The notes: a model not told the origin generated them from the sequence alone. Positions 13,981 through 31,391 are shown, counted from the stretch's first letter. The stretch is DNA of 64,000 nt from Octopus vulgaris (GCA_951406725.2 OX597828.1:75516001-75580000); one strand, 5' to 3'. Translations and numbers: made by a program.

Positions 13981-15180
13981 TTGGGTTAGCAACTAAGTTC
14001 ACGCCATTTTTTTAAAGTTTGGAATTTATTGAGTTTTTAAATTTTGGAATCTATTTTTTTTTTCAAGAATTGTATTTTGGAATCATTTTGGAATGTATTT
14101 TGTTTTTTTTTTGTTTTTTTTCTAGTTAATTTTAGTTAATTGTTGTTTATTTTCAGATCATTAAAATGGAATGTCAAGTTAAGAAAAACGAGCATTTTCG
14201 ACACCTTCTTTTTGCATTTAATCAAGGTTCTAAGGCCGCAAAAGTTGCTCGCGACATTTCTGCTGTGTATGGAGAGGGTGCCATAGCTGAAAGAACCGCT
14301 CGTAATTGGTATACCAAGTTCAAAAATGGAAATTTTGACCTCAAAGACGCACCTCGTTCTGGCCGTCCAGTTGAATTCGAAGAAGAGCGATTAAACCAAC
14401 TTTTGCACGAAATTTCTCGTCAAACGACAAGGGATCTGGCAGAGAAAATGGAATGCTCTCACACTGCTATAGAGGAACATCTTCACTCGATGGGAAAGGT
14501 TCAGAAGTATGGAGCATGGGTCCCGCTTGCTTTAAGTGACAACAATCTCCGCTGGTTGCTCGCTCGCTACCGCTCAACTCATGGACACAAGCAACGATCT
14601 CTTTACCGAATCGTTATTGGCGACGAAAAATGGTGCCTGTACATCAATATGAAGCAGCATAAGGTCTGGCTTAGCCCCGGTAAACAAGCGACACCACGCG
14701 TGAAACAAGATCTTCACGTAAAACGATGTTATGCGTATGGTAGGACTGGGAAGAGATTATCCATTACGAATTGCTTGAACGTAACCAAACGGTCAACGCG
14801 GAACTCTATGTTCAACAGATGGAAAGACTCAACACGGCTATTCAAGAGAAAAGACCTAATCGTCAGCATGGGGTTCTTCTGCTGCATGACAACGCCCGCC
14901 CTCATATCGCCAATATGACCAAGGAAGCCATTCAAACGCATGGCTGGAAGGTGCTGCCACACCTGCGTACTCTCCTGATTTGGCACCAACGGATTTTCAC
15001 TTCTTTCAATCTCTTTCAAATGGTATGCGCGGAGTTTCGTTCAGCACTGATGCAGAATTGAGTGCTTGGTTGGATAAATTTTTCGAGTCGAAATCGGGTG
15101 ATTTCTACCAACGAGGTATTGAAAATCTTGCTGAATGTTGGGAAGAAGTTGCAAACAACAAGGGTGAATACATTATTGTC
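13981..15180 (+). mobile_element. Mariner (DD34D) transposon, 3' TIR missing
   Basis: TA followed by TIR TTGGGTTAGCAACTAAGT at 13981; transposase remnant follows; no matching right TIR seen. Confidence 0.9.
14166..15180 (+). pseudogene. Mariner transposase pseudogene (at least 2 frameshifts and 1 stop)
   Basis: Motifs PRSGRP, WVP, IGDEKW, HDNARPH, YSPDLAPTDFHFF and C-terminal GEYII are split over three frames (breaks near 14715 and 14960; TAG in the WW codon position near 14741). Confidence 0.92.
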
Positions 15181-15592
15181 AACTCACTCTTGTTCTTTAT
15201 TCAACATAGACACAGTCTTCTCAGATTTAATAGATGATAAATAGATAAATAAATTCTAAATTAATGACAACCCTCACAAAGCTATGATCCCACTATGCTC
15301 CATGCGATTCTAAGAAATTGTAATCTATTCTTAGTCACTTCACTACAATAGCGACAACATTATTTTCTTCCATCTTCTTACTGTGTTAAAATAGGTAAGA
15401 AAAATTCTATGCGTCCAACTTGTTAAAAAATTCTATATTTTGTGCAGCTGAAGATAGCACTGCATTTAAATTGATGTAACGATTGTTCAATTAAATGGAG
15501 CCGCTTGAAATGGTCGGACTGCGTTACTAATTGATATCCTTTTGCTTATGTTGTTTATTACATATACATACATATATATATATACACACACA

Positions 15593-15656
<64 letters not shown>

Positions 15657-16427
15657 CACACATCTAATGGCCGAGAAGTTCAATACCTGGCAGAGTATTG
15701 AGCACACACATGGATACACTCACACACTTCTCTCTACTGAAATCATTCTATCGAAATTATATATTTCCACATAAACCATTTCATCAATCTAGCAGGATGG
15801 TTGTTATTTCGTCGTAACTGACTTGAAGCACCAGAATATAGTTACTCGTAAATCTCGTACCTTACAGTTTCAGCCTTCTGAATCACTATACGAACTGTAG
15901 TTATTTATACTGAAATTCAGATAAAGAGTAATCTTTCTCCCTTTTGTTATCACTAATATGTAAAAATGTGTATGTTACACACTCACACAAACACTCAGGT
16001 ATGTATGTTCAGATCTACGCACATGTGTTATGTGTTATAAACTTTAAAAATATGCTTTAACATTCTGAAGACTAAGCATATTTATAACAGAGAGCTCTTT
16101 TGTGACTGAAATATTTTGGTATAATAATAGAAAAGAGGAGAGAATTTATAGTCCAATTCCAATTCGAGAGAAAATTATTGAGGAAAAAAATCGAAATTTT
16201 ATAACTATTGGAAAATGCTGAGATTAAATAGTTGAAACCCAGAGGAAAATCAAAGGAAAATTTCTCAATTTTATAACTATGTCGAACACTTTGACTCATA
16301 TATCTGATGGAAAAATGTTTTTATTTTTGACACCACGGGTGTGTTGGTATAGGAGGTTTAATTTTTTTTACATTATACATAAATTTACACACACACACAC
16401 ACACACATTTGTATATATACATACATA

Positions 16428-16488
<61 letters not shown>

Positions 16489-17549
16489 ATGTGTGTGTGT
16501 GTGTGTCTGTATATATATATATAGATATATATGTTGTGCGTGTTTTTGTGCGTGAATGTAGATATAAATATGTATGTACATATATATATCTTCCTCTATT
16601 TGTTTTCCTATCTACATACACAGACATATGTGTATGTGTGCATATATTTATTAGTTTTACAGAAACAAAAGAATATGTATGAAAACATTTTCATTTAATT
16701 TACTCAGACCGGGAAAAAAAGATGAAAACGAAGAAAACTAGAAAAGAAAGGTAGGAAAAAGAAAATTATATTTCTGACTGTATAATTAGAATCTGGAAAT
16801 ACAGAATATTAGATTTCCAAATTTGGTAATATTGAAGAATGCATGTAAGTCAGATAACTTCCTTGGTTCCAATGTCAAGACATTTAACTGTTTGGCAAAT
16901 TTCGACAATTTTCCTAAGTTTATGTTTGAAGTTTGTTATAAAATTCTATAATTGTTGTACAATTTGGAACCAATATCTGCCGTTTCGAATAATTCGAATA
17001 ACAGTTTTTGAAAGTTTTTACCGTTAAACCACTGAATTATGATGCCTTCCTTTAATTTTGTACTATTATTCATTCTGTACTGGACCATCTATAACGCGTG
17101 CCTTCTGTCGCAAGCAACAGAACTGAATTCTACTCCGTTCCATCTCTAACCCATATATATATTTCCCCTGTCGAAATCAACAGGATATCAGTCACATCTG
17201 ATCCCATCCAACGGCAGTTGTTACGCTGATGGGATGCGCTTGCTCGATTGGGATGGACGTAAGGTAACACCATCGAATAGAAATAACCGCGAATGAACTT
17301 TTATCATAGCATAATCAGTCCAAGAATGAAATACTGGGCAGGTGATATTGTTATTAATGTTTCGATAGAACCGATGGGCGCAATCAGCAAGACCCGCTCA
17401 AACCTGCAGTGGTCAGCCACAGTGTTTAGTTATACCACTCTGTTGTAGGTGGTTAAGAATCAATTAAACCATGGCCAGTCAACTAGCACGTGGTTTAATG
17501 CTTTGAATTATCTTCCCAAATATAGGAGTTAAATACATTTTAATCTCTA

Positions 17550-17690
17550 CACTGGACTGTAACCATGCTGGGGCACCATTTTAAACAAATCGAACCTAGT
17601 AACATTTTTACGTTTTGGATCTATTTTCTCGCGCTTTTTTATCGAATCACGAATTTACGGGAACGTAAAAATAACAGGTGGGGTGGAATA
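17550..17690 (-). mobile_element. Decayed SINE family B 3' part
   Basis: GACTGTAACCATGCTGGGGCACC is the reverse complement of the family B tail. Confidence 0.55.
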
Positions 17691-17699
17691 TGACAAACA

Positions 17700-21321
<3,622 letters not shown>

Positions 21322-21421
21322 NNNNNNNNNNNNNNNNNNNNNNNNNNNNNNNNNNNNNNNNNNNNNNNNNNNNNNNNNNNNNNNNNNNNNNNNNNNNNNN
21401 NNNNNNNNNNNNNNNNNNNNN
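21322..21421. other. Assembly gap (100 N)
   Basis: N run; contiguity across it is unverified. Confidence 1.
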
Positions 21422-21878
21422 GTACACACAGAACAAGCTTCGGCAACGTTTGCGTCTACCAAGTACGCTCGAGACGCCTGTACGTGAATAGGTGCCACGC
21501 AGTGGGACTGAACCCGAAACTTCACAATTGTAAAATGTGCTCCTTAAATAGCTGACCATAAATAGTATAGACATCCCTACAATCGTTGGCAACCAGTGCA
21601 GTGATCATCTTGTTACGAGCTAAATGTATCGTAAAAACACTGGCATCATTCCAGAAAGAGGATACTAGACACGTGTTTCCGCCTCTAACAACCAATGTCA
21701 ACACCCGCTTTGACGTTCTGGAAATGATTAACTTGATTGGACTGTATTATCTGAGGGACTAATTATCTTAACCATCCATTTAGAGTTGTGAATTATACGA
21801 ATTGTTTAGTTTAAATTTTCACAGCTACACAGTTTGGATTCGATTAAATAGGAAAAACCAGCCATAGTTTATATAATC

Positions 21879-21930
<52 letters not shown>

Positions 21931-22164
21931 ACACACAATATCTTTATATATCTTATTTCTATTTTCATTCTCTTATTTCCCTCTATATTCCTTATCTCCT
22001 CCTTTTCCATAATAATTCGAACTCAAATATTTCCTCTATTTAAGATTCTCACGCCGTCTCTGTCGAAAGCATATCCCTAATATCCCAGAAAGAGCTGTAA
22101 GGCTATTTCCTTATAAATGTCCTGAAAACTCCTTACAGCCTTGGCTTTGTTATCTCATTCTTTT

Positions 22165-22265
22165 TGAGACCCTCTTCGGTCACGACTAGGATTTCACCTA
22201 GAAAGTTACCCTCCCAGCCACAAGTCCGGGCAAGGTTGTTTATGAAAGACCAGCAGTCGCCCGCT
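22165..22265 (-). mobile_element. Fragment of a SINE/RTE-like repeat
   Basis: GGATTTCACCTAGAAAGTTACCC...GGCAAGGTTG...CCAGCAGTCGCCC is similar to 49000-49196. Confidence 0.55.
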
Positions 22266-22758
22266 ATTGTTATGAACAATAAAATATGAATTTATTATAT
22301 GATCATGGGACCAAAATTTATTGTGGTAAAAATTTATTGGATTGCTTTACCGAACCAGCTTTCGATGGCGTTTTCTCAGTAACTAAGTCTTATGGATATC
22401 AAGTACTGAATTATGAACTAACTTTGGCTTAAGGTTATTCCATTTCTACCCAACCCTCAAGCAAAAATAAAAAAAAATGAAACTAAAAATGAAAGCAAGA
22501 AAGAACACAAAAGAAAATTCAATAAAATTTCAACACCACACCTAAATGAAAGAAGGAGACAACAATAAACATGTGAGAAGACTTAATGAGATAAGAAGAA
22601 GACACCTGATAGTTTCGTCACCTGCTTGAAGACAATTTGGGTATTGTCTGTAGCTGTTTTAATAGCCATAATATCAAGTTTTTCTCTTCCTATTACTACA
22701 ACCCCGCCTTCCATCTTCGTTGTTACTTCTGGCCAGATGTATCAACACTAATAAATTT

Positions 22759-22817
<59 letters not shown>

Positions 22818-22982
22818 TTTTAAAAAAAATTGTTTTTCTGCCAGACCCGCGATGTTCAAACATCCCCCGGTGAAATGTTCTCACTTTTGTTTTCCTAATC
22901 CTCCTATAATCTTTTAAGTACAACAAACTTTTACACCACTTCAACTGCCTTCAGGAAGAAAACAACAACAACAGCAACAATG

Positions 22983-23022
<40 letters not shown>

Positions 23023-23023
<1 letters not shown>

Positions 23024-23269
23024 CCTTTCTATTATAGGCACAAGGCCTGAAATTTTGTGGGGGGAGAGTAGTCGATTACATCTACCCCAGTGTTTCACTG
23101 GAACTTATTTTATCGACCCCGGAAGGATGAAAGGCAAAGTCGACCCCGGTGGAATTTGAACTCGGAACGCAGCGACGGGCAAAATACCGCCAAGCATTTT
23201 GTCAGCGTGCCAACGATTTCACTAAGCATTTTGTTCGTCCTGCTAACGATTCTGCCAGCTCAACACCTT
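23023..23269 (-). mobile_element. SINE family A (left arm of inverted pair; ~30-bp internal duplication)
   Basis: Family A core; flanked by (TAA)n. Confidence 0.85.
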
Positions 23270-23300
23270 ATAATAATAATAAATAATAATTATTACTATT

Positions 23301-23513
23301 AAGGCGGTGCGCTAGCAGAATTGTTAGCGCGCTGGCCGAAATGCTTAGCGGTCTTACGCCCGTCGCTGCGTTCTGAGTTCAAATTCCGCCGAGGTCGACT
23401 TTGCCTGGCATCTTTTCGGGGTCGATAAATTAAGTACCACTGAAACACTGGGGTCAATGTAATCGACTCGTCCCCTCTCACCAAATTTCAGGCCTGTGCC
23501 TTTAGTAGAAAGG
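23301..23513 (+). mobile_element. SINE family A (right arm of inverted pair)
   Basis: AAGGCGGTGCGCTAGCAGAA head, GAGTTCAAATTCC B-box, GTCGACTTTGCC...GGGGTCGATAAATTAAGTACC core. Confidence 0.88.
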
Positions 23514-24770
23514 GTCATTATTAATAATAATGATAATTTCTAAGAAAGGTAAGAAATATGTGAAGTCGTGAGTGATATTTCCTGTTGTTGACCCCACTAG
23601 GATCAAAGGCAAAGTTGTCCTCAGCAGGATTTGATCTCAGAACAAATACATATACGGCTCCTTACAGTTTGCTCCATCGACCAGAGCTACAGTTTTATGA
23701 GAGGAATCGTGGGCTAAAATCAGTCCTTTTCAATTTGGTATGATTTGAATTCGGTATAAAACCATTACTGTATACCGAAATCGCATTTTATAAACTACTT
23801 CACAGATCTTGTCACTTACAAATTTATTATACTTTACACCATACTATGAATTTGTATCACCTTGTATATTGTACCATGCACTATACTGCAACATTATCTT
23901 TACACTGTCGCTCAAGTTACTAGAAATAACAGCCAAATATCTCTCAATAAAGTTTCTGCTCACCAATTTTGTATATTGACATACACCACTCAACAGAAAA
24001 TGTTATACAAAGCAATACAGTATCTATTAAAAGAAAACAAACCCAGACACTTCGTATTGTGTGACTTTAGACAACACATCATGCCTGAAAACAGAAGACA
24101 GGATGGTCACGGCTGGTATGTTCACTATCATGGGCTTACTGGTTGAGCAGCGAATAAAAAGAAATACAGTCCTAAAATACAGTAGAGCAGCAGAGAAATG
24201 TGAAGTATGTCAGAGCTACAATGGATCTCTGATGACCATAGGCTAGAGAACAAGAAGAAAAAATATTCTCTACTGAAATCTGATAGTATCACGATAAAGG
24301 TATTAATTTAATCCGTATAATATCCTGGGTAATATTGTCCACAGGATTAAGAGAACAAGATAATCCTCCTTTTGTGTCGTGTGTGTCTGGAATTTTAATT
24401 TTCTACATTGTTTTAGATATAAAAAAAATTAACGATGTTCGATTTTTTTAATAACAGCCGCAACCTTGAACAGGATTGAAATATTTAATACAGAAGAAGG
24501 GGTTATATGACTGTGTGGGTCCTTAGTTGACTTAGTAGCTTGGAGAAGTATCAAACTACGGACCGGAGAAGAGAAGTTGCGTTTCGTGTCCAGTGGAGAA
24601 CAAATAAAGGAAGAGAAGAGAATTACTTCCGACTCAGTCTTGATCTTTGGAAATAGCTAAGACGAGGTTCACAACTATTTTAGTGTCAATACATTTATTA
24701 CTGTTATTGGATACAGGTTCACGTTACATAAAGTTTCGCGGGCGCAAAACACATCCACAGGTATATATAA

Positions 24771-24808
<38 letters not shown>

Positions 24809-24809
24809 T

Positions 24810-24841
<32 letters not shown>

Positions 24842-24940
24842 TAGACTGAAGTGATTTCGAAGGATGCAGAGCAGAATGAAACTTAATAAATACTTACTAT
24901 ACCAACTAAATGCATTGAATAATCCTTTCTTTAGTCCGGT

Positions 24941-24989
<49 letters not shown>

Positions 24990-25881
24990 TTATGTATGTG
25001 TATATATATAAATGTGTATATGTCTCTATATATATATGTATATATATTTGCATATATACATATTTTTATACAACTGTATATATGCATACACACACGCGCG
25101 CGTACACACACGCGCACGCATAATCCTTATTAACCCTTCGAAACCCTTCGTGTAGCTTGTAATACTGAACTCTCACCAATAAGTGATATTTTGAAATCGT
25201 TTAAGTCGTTTCTACATTTCAGCCTTGTGTATGTATTAAATGATTTCCAAATATCACTGATTGGGTTGACTTCGTACAAGTTACTCGCTGGGGACGATGT
25301 AATCGATTGTCCCCTGCCCCAGAATTTCAGGCTTTGTGCTTATAGAAGAAAGGATTATTACAACTTTTACAATTCGACACTAGTATAAAGTTGTCGGTCT
25401 AGACTCCACTGATGTGGATACTCTAACAACGATTTGGCGTAATTTATATTTAACTAGAGTCGAAAATCCTGGTACCACTTATTAGTGAAACACGATATAT
25501 TAGGGATACAATAAAGTGCCACACGCAACAAAATCGGGCTTAATAGTGGATCACTCACTCCACTCGGATATTCATTGTAGCATGATGTGGGGCGTCAAAC
25601 ACAGGATAAGCCAATGTGTGGAATATGAGCCAAATAACACAAACAATAAAAAGCATAAAACAGTTGTGACATTCAGCACTTTATAAGACACACACCAAAT
25701 TGCCAAAATAATTACATAACAGTGGCAATCATGCACCTCACCTCATTAGTGTCCCGCAGGACAGTGATGAGGTGTGGTGCATCAATGCATGTCTCTACAA
25801 TTGTTATGTAATTACTTCGCTGCTATTTGAAACTCGTGTATGCGCTTATGTATTGATTACCATACGTCTTTTCAGCTTAAG

Positions 25882-25932
<51 letters not shown>

Positions 25933-25939
25933 TATATAA

Positions 25940-26047
25940 ATGGAACAAGAACGCAACAGACGACAATAAAACATCCGGACAGGAAAAAACAAGGACGGGT
26001 CATTCGCAGCTTCCTCCCATCAGTCGTCTGTTGCGTTCTTGTTCCAT
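25940..26047. repeat. Perfect 25-bp inverted repeat with 58-bp spacer
   Basis: ATGGAACAAGAACGCAACAGACGAC (25940-25964) pairs with GTCGTCTGTTGCGTTCTTGTTCCAT (26023-26047). Confidence 0.9.
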
Positions 26048-26678
26048 ATTTTCGATTTATATAAACATACAGTGGCGTACGTGCACTATATATCACGCAT
26101 GTACTTATATGTGTGTTAAGTTGCTGTAGAAGCGGCGGCTGCTACTTCTATTGCTTAGTACAGTTGTGACTGTACACACGGATGAGGCAACACGTGTTCA
26201 AGTGGTTAGTAATATTTCCCTGTGATGTTGTCACGTTTTTCTTGTACGCATGCGTAGTGTTATATATTCCTACATTAAACACCTGTTTAAATATAAATAT
26301 GATTATGTAAATCTGCCTGTTTATGGGAATGGCTCCCTCACATCGTATTACCTTACTTTCGTTTATTTGATCGTTTCAAAGGTAACCTTTTCTATGCATT
26401 TAAATGGCTTCTGAAATAAACACACACGGCACTTTATAGCCTCCTCGGATGCTATAAGATGATGTTTAAGCACTCGGCTCTGAAGACAGTAAGAGCTGTA
26501 AACCAACAAAGCTGATTACATGATTCTCTTGTCATTTTGTCAATCCCGATTACGCTCTGAACTCGTCTACCATTTCATTCTGAAGCATTTGTATTTCGAG
26601 TTTAACAACTGGTTATTCGAATCGCACTGTGTATATGAGTATATACACACACACACATTATGTATACATATACGTACA

Positions 26679-26895
26679 TGACTGCGGCCATGCTGGAGCA
26701 CCGACTTTAGTCGAGCAAATCGACCCCAGGACTATTCTTTGTAAGCCAAGTACTTGTCCTGTCTTTTACTCTTGCCGAATCAACTAAATTACGGTCACAT
26801 AAACACACCAACAACGGTTTTCAAGCGACTGTGTGTGGGGGGGTGGGGTGGGGGGTGAGACGAATACAGACACACAAACATACACACACACACAC

Positions 26896-26961
<66 letters not shown>

Positions 26962-27119
26962 CGGCCTTCATTAGGTTTCTGTCAACCAAATCCAGTGACA
27001 AGGCTTTGGTCAGCTCGAGGCTATAGTAGAAGTCACTTGCCCAAGGTGATACGCAGTGGGCCTGAACTCAGAATCATATGCTTGGGAAGCAAGCTTCTTG
27101 CCACACGTCCACTCCTGTG

Positions 27120-27121
<2 letters not shown>
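26679..27121 (-). mobile_element. SINE family B
   Basis: Reverse complement of 4060-4505 including the internal TA tract. Confidence 0.85.
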
Positions 27122-27165
<44 letters not shown>

Positions 27166-27190
27166 TATATATATACAGATATATATATAC

Positions 27191-27231
<41 letters not shown>

Positions 27232-27270
27232 TATATATATACAGATATATATATACAGATATATATATAC

Positions 27271-27379
<109 letters not shown>

Positions 27380-27734
27380 ATGTAGTACGTGCGCACCTAT
27401 ATAGTACATATGCATATGTGTGTCTAGATATATAGTTAAGGAGACTATATATTATACTACAAATTATGTATATGCATGTACATTCACATATTATATTGAC
27501 AGATTAATAAAACAATATCGATATGGCAGTTGGTTGGACACGAAACAATCTCCCATCTTCGATACGAATGAAACATTGTCCATTTGTGACAACCTGCAAT
27601 ATATAATCAGATGGTGTTTATTCCGCAATATTAAAGCATTGGGCACTGTAATATGATGCAAAATTATGCATGTCCTGAAGATAATGTTATTCATGAAGAG
27701 AACAACAACAAAAAAAAAACAACAATATTAATAA

Positions 27735-27936
27735 TCTCTTCTACTGAAGGCAGAAGACCTTCAAATCTTTGGGAAAGTGGGGTGCAGTCGATTAGATAGA
27801 CTCCAGTACGCAACTGGTACTTATTTTATCGACCCCCCCCTCCCCGAAAAGATGAAAGGCAAATTCGACTTCGGCGGAATTTTAACTCAGAACGTAGCCG
27901 TAGACAAAATCCCGGCGTGCTAACGATTCTGCCAGC

Positions 27937-27940
<4 letters not shown>
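27735..27940 (-). mobile_element. SINE family A followed by (TAA)n
   Basis: Family A core. Confidence 0.8.
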
Positions 27941-28013
<73 letters not shown>

Positions 28014-28669
28014 TCTGCTGCCTTATAATAAAAACAACAACAACAAGAACAACAATAATAATAATAATAACAACAATAACAACATTAATCTATTTATTCA
28101 TCTATGTGATATTTTAATTGAGTCTTGTCGCTACCAACTTCCTTAGTTTCCAAGTACATCTGATATATTCCCTATAGTACGTAAACATATATGCATAGTC
28201 TTTCTCCCTCTTTCTATCTCTCACACACACATATATAGCCAACCATTCACACATACTTACATATATATGTGCACACACAGACACACACACACACACATAT
28301 GCTCCATGAATATTATCTTTCATAAAATTTTACGACTTCGAATGAATTTTAATTTCATATGAATTTTCACTTGATATGAAATCAACTTAAAAAAAAACAC
28401 TTCATACATATGAAATGTTATTTAGAACCATATTCCTGCTACTATATTACTTCAAATATCCTTTTTGTCTTTGGAATTTTTGGTTTGTTTTTCCGACTTT
28501 TGATATTCTGTGTGGCAAAAAAATTAAACAATATAAAAGTAATATTTAAAATGGCTACATCTGTAATGGCTGAATTTTTGTTTTAAATATGACACTAAAC
28601 ATTTATGTAGCGTGTGTTATTGTTGCTGCTATTTTTAGTTTTATTATCATTACTATCATCTACATGACC

Positions 28670-28830
28670 AAAACGGTGAACTGACTAAATTCGTATTGTC
28701 TTTATGTCGTGGGTTCAAATTCCGCCGATGTCGACTTTGCCTTTTATAATTTCGGGGTCAATGAAATAAATACCAGTTGAGTACTGAGGGCAATGTAAGT
28801 GACTAGCTCCCTCCCCACAAAGGATTATTA
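28670..28830 (+). mobile_element. SINE family A, decayed
   Basis: GGGTTCAAATTCCGCCGATGTCGACTTTGCC...CGGGGTCAATGAAATAAATACCAG. Confidence 0.75.
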
Positions 28831-30861
28831 ATGTAATAAACTCCTTAAACTCACATCCGTATCTGCACTCAACTTGATCAGCAATCCTACAGTCGAGTAG
28901 GTATGTGTGACAACGTTTTGTCAACTCGCGCGAGCACATTCCTGTGTATGTACACACATTGAAATAAATATCTATACGTTCATAGAGATACATAAACACC
29001 TATCTATTTCGAAGATTATTATTATAGTTAGCTTCAAGCATTGTGATATGGAATTTGAATAATAAGCAAAAAAAAAAAAAAAAGAAAGAAAAGAAAAGCA
29101 GAAGAACTTCTTACAATGCAAAGAGGAAAGCTGAAAATCTTTATATATTTCAGGCACAAAGGCTCAACAGCAGAAAAGTACGGTTAAGAAATGAGAATCT
29201 CCACAGAGCCTGCCACTTGGATAACTGCGCAGGATCTACGTGGACTCAGATCTCTAAACCGTATTCTACTGACGATGGGCTCTTGTGCCTGAAACTGATT
29301 CGTCTTTGAACTGTAAGAAGCTCTCCTCTTTTTCGTTTTTTCTTATTATTTTACATATTGATCTACATATACGCATTCATACCTACAGACATAGCTATCC
29401 ACATATATCAATGGCTAGACAATATTTCTGTAAACATACATATGTTTATTTTGGGAAGGTGAAAAACATTTTTAAAAATTAAGCATAAATGCGTGTATAA
29501 ATGAATATATAAAATCTGTAATTTCGAAAGAAAATTCCTTCATCTCCCCATCCCTTTAATTCCTCCACCCCTATCTCCCTAATTCCTCTAGTCCCACTAT
29601 ATTCTCAGTGCCGTTCATAAACAACTACCTCCAATACATTTACCAATCCTCACCCTTCACTCACCCCACCCACATAACAACAGACCAATCAACCGGCCAG
29701 CCGACCAACCAACCAACCAACCGACCCCGTCTTTCCCGCCATTATATGACAACGAGGCCATAGATGAGAACTGGCCAACTTTCAGAATTATTGTTGTTGT
29801 TGTTTTTGTTATTTTGTTTTTTCCACTGATCAAATAGACATTAAAATCTGGCAGACAGATAAATTGAAAGCACGCCTGTGTGATTGGCACTTACCTAAAT
29901 GAATGCTTTAATAAATGACGACCTAACTAGAAACCTTTTGGAGAGAGAGTGAGAGAGAGAGAGAGAGTGGTGGGTTTGGAGGGGGGGGCGAGTGAAAGAA
30001 CACAAGTAAAAAAAACAAAAGCAAATTCCTAACAAGCACTAAAAGAAGAGCACTAAAAAAATTAATGAAAAACTCCAGCAAAAACAAGCAGCAAAATTCT
30101 CCATCCCTGCCCCACAAAATATATCAAAATATAAACTTATACAAAAAAGAAAAATGGAAAATAAGACCAACCTACGGCTAACTTTTAAAAATAGAAATGT
30201 CTTAGTTGTGATAAGTCTTTAAAAGTCTTGGAGGGAGGGAGGGAGGGAGAGTGCGCGGGCGTGTTGGTTTCATTGGTGATGGAAGAGTTTGTAATGGTGT
30301 GCGTAATTATAGAGTTGTTGGGGTTTAAAGAGGAAGATGAAAATGGCATTTGTGCTGGCGGTGGTATTGGTGGTGGAGATAATGTTACCGTTGGTGGTGG
30401 TATTGATGTTTGGAAATAAACGAGATAAATACATGAAGCGATACACGTATTAAAGAAGTGTGTATCTATCATAAACACAGTGACCTAAATAGACAAACGT
30501 GTGATTAGGTATGTTTGTGCGAGTATATAAAGATATATATATGTGTGTATATATTGCTTTCCCCTTGCTTTCCTCACTCTCGCCTACCCCACCTCCTAAC
30601 ACCATCACACCACATCACACACCACTACACCTTCCACCACAATATCACACATCACATCACAACACACCACCACGCACACATCAGCACTGACCACTTCGCA
30701 GACCCACATTTTCACACCTACACACACACACACGCACATGTCAACATCACCAGCCCTCTTCGACACACACTTACAAACTCTCTTATACATACGCACGCGC
30801 GCCTTCCTTTTGGGATCACCACCACTTTGTTATCTCCCCTTCTCCTTAGCTTTCCTGTGTG

Positions 30862-31082
30862 ACCCATCTTTCTGGTGTTCGCCATCATAGATCACTAGCC
30901 ACTACCCATTCTTTATTTTCTCTCCTTATTTCTTTCTGTGTCCCTTTCTGTGGAAGAGTGTAGGCTCGAAACGTTAAAGACTTTTTCACTTCCCGAGCGT
31001 TATACAAATACATCTGTTTGTTGCCTACACCACCTGTCTTCGTCTTCGTGTTTCTATTTTTTTGTGAATTCACCCCTATATA
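30862..31082 (+). mobile_element. Penelope-like terminal repeat remnant with a minimal hammerhead-like core
   Basis: CTTT-CTGTGGA-A-GAG-tgtagg-CTC-GAAA-CGTT-AAAG at 30944-30979, then a T-rich tail ending in TA; related copy at 33690-33875. Confidence 0.55.
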
Positions 31083-31136
31083 TAAAACCTAATTGTGCAA
31101 CTGGAGGAAAATATTCAACTGTGCATCTCTTTCTCT

Positions 31137-31180
<44 letters not shown>

Positions 31181-31391
31181 GTGTAAAACAAAAGACAGAT
31201 GACAAAACGAATAAATGATTATCTTATAAACTTCATGCGATGGACTTATAGTTTAGTACCTGAATTTCATCAGAGCCTGAAAGATGAAGCGCAATTTATT
31301 TGGGAAAACAAATACATTCAGTAATGGATGCATACAGACAACAAATCCTAAATGTGCTATTTGAGGGAAACGTCCAGCTTTCGTGTATATG

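Noticed and set aside
21422-21592. N-terminal part of the 365-aa minus ORF
   Set aside because: Lies across the N gap and is decayed SINE B sequence, not LINE coding.
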